A stretch of DNA of 64,000 bases, from the NCBI GenBank assembly GCA_963666565.1, contig OY762911.1, positions 3,680,001 through 3,744,000 of the forward strand, read 5' to 3'. Positions 53,249 through 61,404 of this stretch are shown piece by piece (positions within the stretch are counted from its first letter, which is position 1; each line of letters opens with the position of its first letter). Made by a program: the position numbers and the translations under genes. The notes under the pieces are model-generated. The model was not told where the DNA came from, searched no databases, and saw only the letters and a program-made list of their open reading frames with translations. Origin of the DNA: Thermoanaerobaculia bacterium. Lineage in GTDB: Bacteria > Acidobacteriota > Thermoanaerobaculia > Multivoradales > Multivoraceae.

Positions 53249-54277
53249 CTATCGCTCCAGGGCTGCAGGCCGCGCCTCGACGAGCAGCGGCCACAGGCCG
53301 GCCCCGCCGGAACGAATCGCCATCTCGCCGACCCGCTGCTGCCAGTAGCCCTCGTCCCCGTCGGCGTCCCGCCAGGCCCAGAGCCGGCGGGTGAAACGGT
53401 GCAGGTCGTGCTCGCGCGTGTAGCCGATCGCGCCGTGGAGCTGGTGCGCGATGCGCGTGACCTCGTAGCAGGCCTCGCTGGCGCGGGCCTTGGCGCAGGC
53501 CGCCATGAAGGTGGCGCCGCCACCGTCTTCGGAGAGCGCCGCATCGACGGCGGCGATCGCCGTGTCCGCCGCGACGCCGACCGCGGCGGTGTGGCTCGCC
53601 ATCACCGCGACGAGTTGCTGCACGGCCTGGAAGCGGGCCAGCGGCCGCCCGAACTGGACCCGTCCCTGAACGTGTTCGATCGTCAGATCGAGGATGCGCT
53701 CCATGGCGCCGGCGATCATCGCGCTGCGGGCGACGGCCACCAGGTCGGAGGGAGAGCGTTCCGAGCGCAGGCCGCCCGACTGTCCCGGCGGGATCGACGG
53801 TGGCTCCCGCAACCGCCCGACCGGTTCACCGGCACTGTTCGCGTCGCGCTCGAACTCGAGTTCGCCGGCGGCGACCCAGCCGACGCCGCCCGTAGCGCCC
53901 GACACCACCAGCGCCGAGATGTTGTCCGGCCAGGGCACCTCGAGTCGGCCCGCCGCGGTCACCATTCCCAATGGACCCGCGGGCGCCTCGAGGCCGGCGC
54001 CCGAGAGCAGCCATCGGCCGATCATCGTTTCGACAAGGGGCAACGGCAACGCAAAGCCGGCTGCCGTCCGCGCCACCGCCATCGCGTCCCCGAAGTCGAC
54101 TCCGGCGCCACCGGCCTCTTCAGGCAGCAGCATGTCGACTAGGCCGTTCTCCTCGATCGCCCGCCAATGGCTCTCCGGGAAGCGACCTTCCTCGACCGCT
54201 TCGAAGACTCCGTCCTCCGACGCCGCCTCGAACAGGCGCACCGCCGTGTCCAGGAGGAGCTGCCTCACCTCGCTCAT
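53249..54277 (-). CDS. Acyl-CoA dehydrogenase family protein (short partner subunit)
   Basis: RVQFGRPLARFQAVQ, HQLHGAIGYTREH; ATGA overlap with the upstream ACAD. Confidence 0.9.
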   Translation of the reverse strand: MSEVRQLLLDTAVRLFEAASEDGVFEAVEEGRFPESHWRAIEENGLVDMLLPEEAGGAGVDFGDAMAVARTAAGFALPLPLVETMIGRWLLSGAGLEAPAGPLGMVTAAGRLEVPWPDNISALVVSGATGGVGWVAAGELEFERDANSAGEPVGRLREPPSIPPGQSGGLRSERSPSDLVAVARSAMIAGAMERILDLTIEHVQGRVQFGRPLARFQAVQQLVAVMASHTAAVGVAADTAIAAVDAALSEDGGGATFMAACAKARASEACYEVTRIAHQLHGAIGYTREHDLHRFTRRLWAWRDADGDEGYWQQRVGEMAIRSGGAGLWPLLVEARPAALER

Positions 54278-55431
54278 CGCAGCCTCAGTCCCCGGGCGAC
54301 GATGCCGCGGAGGATCTCCGTCGCGCCGCCCTGGATCGTGTACGAGGGAGCGGCCAGGGTGACCTGGTGCAGGATGTCGAGAACCGCCCGGTCGGAAACT
54401 CCTTCGTCGGCCACGACGCGGCGGACGATCTCCGGTACTTCCTGCTGGAAGTTCGTGCCCAGGTCTTTGACCAGGGCCGACTCCACGTTCGGCGTCTCCC
54501 CGGCCTCGAGCGCAGCGGCAACCGAGACCGAGGCGGCGCGCAGCGCCCAGAGACGGCTGACGAGCAGCCCGACCTCGCGCCGCGCCGCCGGCGACGAGTC
54601 CGCGTTCAGCGCGTCGACCAGTGCGCGCAGCAGGTGGAAGTTGGTCAGGAAGCGCTCCGGCCCGCTTCGCTCGTAGGCCAGTTCCGACGTCACCTGCGCC
54701 CAACCGTCGCCCGGATTGCCGAGCAGGCAGTCGTCCGGCACGAACGCGTCCTCGAAGAAGACCTCGTTGAAGTCGTGGCGGCCCGGGAGGTCGATGATGG
54801 GCCGCACCGTGATCCCGTCCGCGTTCTTCAGATCGATGATGACCTGGCTCATACCGGCGTGCCGCTTGTCCGACTTCGGTTCCGTGCGCACCAGGGCGAC
54901 GCAGTACTCGGCCTCGTGCGCGTAGGAGGTCCAGATCTTCGAGCCGTTGAGACGCCAGCCGCCGTCCGCGCGCTCGGCCCGGGTGCGGATCGAGGCCAGG
55001 TCGGAACCGGAGTCAGGCTCGCTCATGCCGACCGCGAAGGAGATCTCGCCCCGAGTGATCGGCGGCAGGAAGCGCCGCTTCTGCTCCTCCGTGCCGTAGC
55101 GCAGGATGCTCGGGCCGATCTGGCGGTCGGCGAACCAGTGGAACGCCGTCGGCGCGCAGGCCGCCAGCAACTCCTCGGTGACCACGTAGCGCTCCAGGTA
55201 GCTCCGTTCGGCGCCGCCGTACTGCCGCGGCCAGGTCATGCCGATGAACCCGGCCTCGCCGAGCGCGCGGCTGAGCGCCGGGTTGCGGCCCCACCAGGAG
55301 AGCCCGTCGGCCGACCAGACGCCTGCTGCGCGGGTCCGCTCCAGCAGGTCCCGGACGCCGGCGCGGAGATCCCCCGCCGTCTCCGGCAGGACCGCGGGCG
55401 CGAAGCGGAGATGAATGGCGGGGGCCTTCAC
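54274..55431 (-). CDS. Acyl-CoA dehydrogenase family protein
   Basis: GMSEPDSGSDLAS, NGSKIWTS, FNEVFF, TIQGGATEI. Confidence 0.93.
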   Translation of the reverse strand: MKAPAIHLRFAPAVLPETAGDLRAGVRDLLERTRAAGVWSADGLSWWGRNPALSRALGEAGFIGMTWPRQYGGAERSYLERYVVTEELLAACAPTAFHWFADRQIGPSILRYGTEEQKRRFLPPITRGEISFAVGMSEPDSGSDLASIRTRAERADGGWRLNGSKIWTSYAHEAEYCVALVRTEPKSDKRHAGMSQVIIDLKNADGITVRPIIDLPGRHDFNEVFFEDAFVPDDCLLGNPGDGWAQVTSELAYERSGPERFLTNFHLLRALVDALNADSSPAARREVGLLVSRLWALRAASVSVAAALEAGETPNVESALVKDLGTNFQQEVPEIVRRVVADEGVSDRAVLDILHQVTLAAPSYTIQGGATEILRGIVARGLRLR

Positions 55432-55541
55432 GAGCTAAGCGGCAGCGTACCAACCCGCTCGGGCAAGGTATCGTCAACGGAGCCTATCGCGCATCGCGCA
55501 TCCGGTTCGGGGAAGAGCAAAGGGAATAGGATGCCGCAGCG

Positions 55542-57113
55542 ATGACCAAGACCAGAAAACGAAGCCGCTTCCTCGCCTTCCTGAAGTGGACCGGCATCTC
55601 CGTGGCCGCGCTCGCCGGCTTGGGGCTGGTGCTGAACCTGACGACGGGGATGCACCTTCAGATCACGGGCGGCTTGATGCCGCAACTCGACTTTCATCAC
55701 GAGGGCCGCCACTACCGGGCCATCGAGGCGCACCGTGAACAGAGCGCGGATCTCGCTCCCGCTGCCAGTCCCGCACCGCTCGAGCCAGTGGCGGGGGAGA
55801 CCGGGGATGGAGCCGTTCTCGAAGCCGAACCGCCTCAGACCCCCGAACCCGGGGTGGTCGCCGACCCGAACGACGCTCCGACTGACACGGAAGCTCCGAC
55901 CTTGGCGGAAGCGGATCCGGAGCCCGACTCGCCCACCGCGGCACCGTCGCCCGACTCGTGGCCCTACTACCGCGGCCTCCACATGGACGGCCGTTACCCG
56001 GGGCCGGTCAACACGGCCTGGCCGAACGGTGGACCGCCGGAACTCTGGCGCGCCCCCGTCGGCGGCGGCTACGCATCTTTCGTCGTCGGCGACGGTCTCG
56101 CGTACACGATCGAGCAGCGGCGGGAACAGGAAGTCGTCGCCGCCTATGACCTGCTGACCGGCACGGAACGCTGGAACGAGAGTTGGGACGCCCGTTTCGA
56201 GGAGAGCATGGGCGGCGACGGACCACGCGCCACGCCGGCCCTGTATGGCGGCACCCTGGCAGCGCTCGGCGCCACCGGCGAACTGCAGGTGCTCGATGCC
56301 GCGACGGGCGATTCGATCTGGCGCACGAACATCCTCGAGGACTCGGGCGCCGCGAACCTGACCTGGGGCATGGCCGCGTCACCGGCGATTCTGGACGGAG
56401 CCGTCCTCACCGCGCCCGGTGGCCCCAACGGCGCCGTGATCGCCTACGAGCTCGAAACCGGCGCGATTCGCTGGCGGGCTCTCGACGCCCAGGGCGCCTA
56501 CACCGCGCCGGCCGTCTTCACGCTGGACGGCCTCTCCCAGATCGTCCTGATCGGCGCCGACCAGGTCGTGGCGCTCGCTACCGACGGCAGCGACACGTAC
56601 TGGAGCCGGCCCTGGGCAACGATGAACGGCATCAACGCCGCGCAGCCGCTCCAGGTGGCGCCGAACCGCATCTTCGTGTCGTCCGGCTACGGCCACGGCG
56701 CCGCGGTGCTCGAAGTCGACGCCGACCTCGAAGCGAACACCGCGTCGGTCAGCGAAATCTGGTTCAACAACCGGATGAAGAACACCTTCTCGACCTCCGT
56801 GTTCCACGACGGCTACGTCTACGGGCTGGACAATGGCATCCTGGCCTGCGTCGACGCCGAAACCGGCGACCGCATGTGGAAGGGCGGCCGCTACGGCCAC
56901 GGCCAGCTTCTGCTCGCCTCAGGCCACCTGCTGATCACCACGGAGCGAGGTCAGCTCGTCCTGGTGCGCGCCACGCCCGAAAGCTACCAGGAAGTTGCCG
57001 CGCTGCCAGCCGTCTCGGGCCGCACCTGGAACAACCCCGCGATCGCCGAAGGCATCCTGCTGGTGCGCAACGACCGCGAAGCCGTGGCCTTCGACCTGCG
57101 GCCGCGGACGTAG
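55542..57113 (+). CDS. PQQ-like beta-propeller protein with membrane anchor and Pro/Ala/Glu linker
   Basis: WPYYRG, GGGYASF, GPRATP, repeated DA.TG..W motifs, TWNNPAI. Confidence 0.85.
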   Translation: MTKTRKRSRFLAFLKWTGISVAALAGLGLVLNLTTGMHLQITGGLMPQLDFHHEGRHYRAIEAHREQSADLAPAASPAPLEPVAGETGDGAVLEAEPPQTPEPGVVADPNDAPTDTEAPTLAEADPEPDSPTAAPSPDSWPYYRGLHMDGRYPGPVNTAWPNGGPPELWRAPVGGGYASFVVGDGLAYTIEQRREQEVVAAYDLLTGTERWNESWDARFEESMGGDGPRATPALYGGTLAALGATGELQVLDAATGDSIWRTNILEDSGAANLTWGMAASPAILDGAVLTAPGGPNGAVIAYELETGAIRWRALDAQGAYTAPAVFTLDGLSQIVLIGADQVVALATDGSDTYWSRPWATMNGINAAQPLQVAPNRIFVSSGYGHGAAVLEVDADLEANTASVSEIWFNNRMKNTFSTSVFHDGYVYGLDNGILACVDAETGDRMWKGGRYGHGQLLLASGHLLITTERGQLVLVRATPESYQEVAALPAVSGRTWNNPAIAEGILLVRNDREAVAFDLRPRT

Positions 57114-57157
57114 CGGCTTCGCAAACGCGCCCGCTGGCGGAGGAACGCCGGCCGTCT

Positions 57158-57281
57158 CGCCCGCTGGGTCGTGTCCGTTTCGCCCGCTGGACTTTGTCCG
57201 TTTCGCCCGCTGGACTTTGTCCGTTTCACCCGCTAGATTTTGTCCGTTTCACCCGCTGGACTTTGTCCGTTTCACCCGCTG
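57158..57281 (+). repeat. Tandem array of 23-bp units (5 full plus 1 partial), no spacers
   Basis: Consensus c(g/a)cccgctggactttgtccgttt at 57158, 57181, 57204, 57227, 57250; partial at 57273. Confidence 0.95.
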
Positions 57282-57291
57282 AGCTCGTTCG

Positions 57292-58551
57292 ATGCCCTAC
57301 CTTCCAAGGATTGTCGAGATGGAACTCGACGAGTGCCTGGCCGCCGCCGGCGCCGTGGTCATGGAAGGCCCCAAAGCCTGCGGCAAGACCGCCACCGCCA
57401 GACAGAAGGCCGCGAGCGAGGTTCTTCTCGATGTCGATCGCAACGCGCGGAGGCTCGCAAGCGTCGATCCCGCCACCGCGCTCGCCGGCGCAACGCCGCG
57501 GTTGATCGACGAGTGGCAACTCGAACCAGCGATCTGGAACCACGTTCGACGCGCGGTCGACGACCGGGCCGACTCCGGCCAGTTCATTCTCACCGGCTCC
57601 GCCGTACCCGCCGACGACGTGACGCGGCATTCAGGGGCCGGGCGCTTCGCCCGCATCCGCATGCGGCCTCTGTCGCTCTTCGAGTCCGGGCACTCCACCG
57701 GCGAAATCTCTCTCGCCGAGCTGCTCGACGGCTCGCCCCAGGGCGCCGAGGCATCCTCGCTCAGCGTTCCGCAACTCGCCGAACTCGTGGCCACCGGAGG
57801 TTGGCCGGCCAACCACGGCCGGCCCTTGCGCCAGACCCTGCGCTCGAACCGGGACTACCTGAACGAGATACGCCGCACGGACATCTCCAGAGTCGCCGAA
57901 CGCCGGACCGACCCGATTCGGGTCGGCCGGCTCCTGCGCTCGCTCGCCCGGAACACGGCGACCGAGGTCGCGCTCTCCAGGCTGGTCGCCGACGCGGACA
58001 CCAGCCAGATCACCATGAAGCCCGAGACCGCCGCGGGCTACCTGGACGCGCTGGAACACCTCATGGTCGTCGAGAATCAGCCGGCCTGGTCGCCGCACCT
58101 GCGCTCGCGCGCGATCCTTCGGGAAGCCCCCAAACGCCACTTCGTCGATCCGTCGCTGGCCGTCGCCGCACTCAGGGCTACGCCGAAGCGCCTGCTGGGC
58201 GACCTGCGCTTCCTGGGCCTGCTGTTCGAGTCGCTCGTCGTCCGCGACCTCAGGATCTACGCGCAAGCCAACGACGCGGAGGTCTTCCACTACCGCGAGA
58301 AAGGCGGCCTGGAAGTCGACGCGGTCGTCGAGGCCGCCGACGGCCGCTGGGCCGCGTTCGAGATCAAGCTCGGCCAACGCGGCGTCGACGAAGGCGCGAA
58401 GAACCTGCGCCGCCTGGCCCAGCGGGCGCCGCGGGCCATGAGAGACGCGCCGAGCGAGCCCTCGGCCCTCGCGGTCATCGTGCCGAACGGCTACGGCTTT
58501 GCCGGGAACGACGACGTGGGCGTCATTCCGGTCGGCGCGCTGGGGCCGTAG
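57292..58551 (+). CDS. AAA_14 ATPase with DUF4143 domain
   Basis: GPKACGKT, LIDEWQ, LTGS, PKRHFVDPSL, LFESLV, EVDAVV..FEIKLG. Confidence 0.9.
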   Translation: MPYLPRIVEMELDECLAAAGAVVMEGPKACGKTATARQKAASEVLLDVDRNARRLASVDPATALAGATPRLIDEWQLEPAIWNHVRRAVDDRADSGQFILTGSAVPADDVTRHSGAGRFARIRMRPLSLFESGHSTGEISLAELLDGSPQGAEASSLSVPQLAELVATGGWPANHGRPLRQTLRSNRDYLNEIRRTDISRVAERRTDPIRVGRLLRSLARNTATEVALSRLVADADTSQITMKPETAAGYLDALEHLMVVENQPAWSPHLRSRAILREAPKRHFVDPSLAVAALRATPKRLLGDLRFLGLLFESLVVRDLRIYAQANDAEVFHYREKGGLEVDAVVEAADGRWAAFEIKLGQRGVDEGAKNLRRLAQRAPRAMRDAPSEPSALAVIVPNGYGFAGNDDVGVIPVGALGP

Positions 58552-58655
58552 GCACCGCGGCGCCGGACTGACGGCCGGCACGTCTGGCTGGCCGCCTGCG
58601 GCGGCCAACCGGAAGGCTGGCGCACCCACAGCCGGATGGGACTACCGCTGTCGGC

Positions 58656-59132
58656 TCAAGGGATCTCGACGACCAGATACTCGCCCTCGCGAGTGACCGG
58701 ATAGGTCTCGGCCGTGTACGGGCCCTTGACCATGCCGGGGACCGGGGCATCAGGATCGTCCGCCGGTTCCGCGCCGGCATCGGCAACCCCGGCGATCTCC
58801 TCGCCGGGGACGGTCTCGACCTCGTAGCGTCTCACTCTGAGCCGCTCGGGCGCGCACCAGGACTGTCCGGTGCGGACGTGGAACTCCCAGCCGTGCCAGG
58901 GGCAGCAGAGGATCTCCCGGCTCGGGCGGTACTCGAACTCTCCGGGGGCGTCGGAGCGGATCACGCCCCAGAGCTTGCCCTCGCAGAGCTTCCCGCCCTG
59001 GTGCGGGCAGCGGTTGCGGAGCGCGAAGAACTCGCCGTCCAGGTTGAAGACGCCGACCGAGCGCCCGGCGACGGTGACGATCTTGCGCTCGCCCGCCTCG
59101 ATCTCGGACGCCTCGGCGACGACGTACTTCAT
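58656..59132 (-). CDS. Rieske [2Fe-2S] ferredoxin
   Basis: NRCPHQG..CCPWHGWEF; start ATG 59132. Confidence 0.9.
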   Translation of the reverse strand: MKYVVAEASEIEAGERKIVTVAGRSVGVFNLDGEFFALRNRCPHQGGKLCEGKLWGVIRSDAPGEFEYRPSREILCCPWHGWEFHVRTGQSWCAPERLRVRRYEVETVPGEEIAGVADAGAEPADDPDAPVPGMVKGPYTAETYPVTREGEYLVVEIP

Positions 59133-59253
59133 GGGTGCATCGCCTGCGCCGAGGTCGAGTCGGGCAACGGCGCCGCCACGGCAGGACTCCAACGGGCCGA
59201 CGCTTCGCACCGGATGCCGGCCGCAGGGCCGGCCCACCCGGTTTCCGCCGGGT

Positions 59254-60369
59254 TCACCCCTGGAGCCCGTAGAGGGCCCGGGCGTTCTCGCACTGGATGG
59301 CCTTGACGAATTCCTCGTCGAGCCCCGAGGGCAGGACCACATCGGGGTTGTCGCCGTCCCAGTGCGGATAGTCGCTGGCCAGCAGGATGTGGCTCCGCAG
59401 GTCGCCGAAGTGCTCCATCAGGGCCAGGAAGTCCTGGCGCCTCGGCGGCTCCTCGATCGGCTGGGTCGTCACGTAGACGTGCTCGGCGATCACCTCGGAC
59501 GGCAGCCGCTTGAGGTGCGGCGCCTCGTCGCGCAGGAGGCTCCAAGCCGAGTCGAGACGCCACATCAGCGGCGGCAGCCAGGCGAAGCCGTTCTCGACCG
59601 AGATCATCCGCAGGCTCGGGAAGCGGTCGAACACGCCTTCCGCGACCATGCTCGTGATGTTCGCCTGCACGGCCTGGGGCGGGCTCGTGTGATCCTCGAT
59701 GTAGTAGGAGGCGTGACCGCCGCCGGTGATCGGATGGCCGTAGGCGCCGAACGCATGGGACGCGACGTGCATCCCCGTCTCGACGCAGGCATCGTAGATC
59801 GGCCAGTACCTGCGGCGGCCCATCGGTTCCTGCATCCGGCCCATGAACAGCACCTGGGCGAAGCGCCCGTCGGCGCCGCAGCGCCGGATCTCCGCGGCCG
59901 CGGCAACCGGGTCCTGCGGAGTGACGACGACGGAGGCCCGCAGCCGGGGCTCCGGATCGAGCCACTCGGCGATCTGCCAGTCGTTGGCGGCGGTGGCAAG
60001 CGCCGCGCCGAGGTCCAGGTCGAGCGCCGAACTGACCGGCGACAGCGGGTTCAGGATGGCGTACTCGACGTTGTACGGATCGAGAAAGTCCTCCGCGGCG
60101 AAGCCGACTTCCGAACCGGGGGTGCGCCCCGACGGCGGCCGCGCCGCCTCGCGGTGATCCATGAAGCGCGGGTAGTAGCCGCTGTTCGGATGGCGGATGC
60201 CGAACGTCTCCAGGTGGTCGCGCCAGCGCTTGGAGAGATACGGATACAGATCCTTGATCGAGTCGAGCTCGTTGTGGAAGTCGCAATCGATGATCGGCGG
60301 CCGTTCGGGCTCGGCCCCGGCCTTCAGCACCGAGGGTTCGGTCGACGGATCGAGCAGGGTGACTGTCAT
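59254..60369 (-). CDS. Amidohydro_2-fold protein (putative catalytic subunit of a dinuclear oxygenase)
   Basis: IIDCDFH, YIEDH, TTQPIEEP, ASDYPHWD. Confidence 0.85.
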   Translation of the reverse strand: MTVTLLDPSTEPSVLKAGAEPERPPIIDCDFHNELDSIKDLYPYLSKRWRDHLETFGIRHPNSGYYPRFMDHREAARPPSGRTPGSEVGFAAEDFLDPYNVEYAILNPLSPVSSALDLDLGAALATAANDWQIAEWLDPEPRLRASVVVTPQDPVAAAAEIRRCGADGRFAQVLFMGRMQEPMGRRRYWPIYDACVETGMHVASHAFGAYGHPITGGGHASYYIEDHTSPPQAVQANITSMVAEGVFDRFPSLRMISVENGFAWLPPLMWRLDSAWSLLRDEAPHLKRLPSEVIAEHVYVTTQPIEEPPRRQDFLALMEHFGDLRSHILLASDYPHWDGDNPDVVLPSGLDEEFVKAIQCENARALYGLQG

Positions 60370-60371
60370 GG

Positions 60372-61388
60372 CTACCCTCCTTCGGAAAGACGGTAGAAGC
60401 TGCGCGCGTTCTCGGACCTGATCTTACGCCCTAACGACTCCGGCAGCAGCCGAAGCAGGAGATCGCCGGCGTCGCAGGCGTGAACGTGGGGATAGTCGCT
60501 GGCGTAGAGGAGCAGGTCCTCCGAGCCGAGCTGGTCGACGATCTCGCACAGGTGCGCCGGGTCGGGCGGCGCATCGAGTGGCTGGATGCCGACCCGGACG
60601 TGCTCGCGGAAGTAGTCGGAGGGCGGACGGCGCACCCAGGGCACCAGCCGCCTCAGATTCCGCCACTCCTTGTCCATGCGCCAGAGATGAGACGGGATCC
60701 AGGTGAAGCCGGATTCCAGGAACACGACCCGCAAACCGGGGCATGTGTCGAACACCCCTTCGACAATCATGCTGGTGAGCTGGGTCGCGAACACCTGCGC
60801 CATCGCCGTGTACTCCTCCAGGAAGAACGACGGCCAGCCGGTGGGTGTCGGCGGCATGACGGGCGCGCCACCGAAGTGGATCGCCGCAACCAGGCCGCTC
60901 TGCTCGATCGCCTTCCACAGGGCGTGGTAGTGGCGGCTTCCGAGCGGGTGCTCGGTGCGCACCGGAATCAGAACCTGGACGAAGCCGGGCCTGCCGGCGC
61001 AACGCTCGACTTCCTCGACCGCGGCGGCCGGCAACCCGATCGGCACGACGACGGAGCCCCGCAGTCGGGGTTCGCGTTCCAGCCACTCCCGGGCCTGCCA
61101 GTCGTTCGTCGCCGTGGCCAGCGCTGCGGCAACGTCCGGGTTGTGGATGCTGTCGACTGCGTAGAGACAACTCGAGATCGCCACATCCGCGCCGCCCCCT
61201 TCAAAGACAGCCTCGCGGAGTTCACCAAGCCCGCCGCGCTCGCCGGCGACGGGTGACCTCGGTGGGTAGTACTCCTGTGAGGCGCCCTTGTCCATCGTGT
61301 TTTCGAAGTGCTCGACCCAGTGCTCCGGCAGCAGGGGATAGAGGTCACGAAGGCGGGGATTCGGGATGTGGACGTCGGCGTCGATCAT
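60372..61388 (-). CDS. Amidohydro_2-fold protein (partner subunit)
   Basis: MIDADVH, NDWQAREWL, VEGVFD, ASDYPH. Confidence 0.85.
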   Translation of the reverse strand: MIDADVHIPNPRLRDLYPLLPEHWVEHFENTMDKGASQEYYPPRSPVAGERGGLGELREAVFEGGGADVAISSCLYAVDSIHNPDVAAALATATNDWQAREWLEREPRLRGSVVVPIGLPAAAVEEVERCAGRPGFVQVLIPVRTEHPLGSRHYHALWKAIEQSGLVAAIHFGGAPVMPPTPTGWPSFFLEEYTAMAQVFATQLTSMIVEGVFDTCPGLRVVFLESGFTWIPSHLWRMDKEWRNLRRLVPWVRRPPSDYFREHVRVGIQPLDAPPDPAHLCEIVDQLGSEDLLLYASDYPHVHACDAGDLLLRLLPESLGRKIRSENARSFYRLSEGG

Positions 61389-61404
61389 GGCTTCGAGAGA
61401 AGGG

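Noticed and set aside
57158-57281. CRISPR array
   Set aside because: Units are contiguous with no unique spacers, and there are no cas genes in the window
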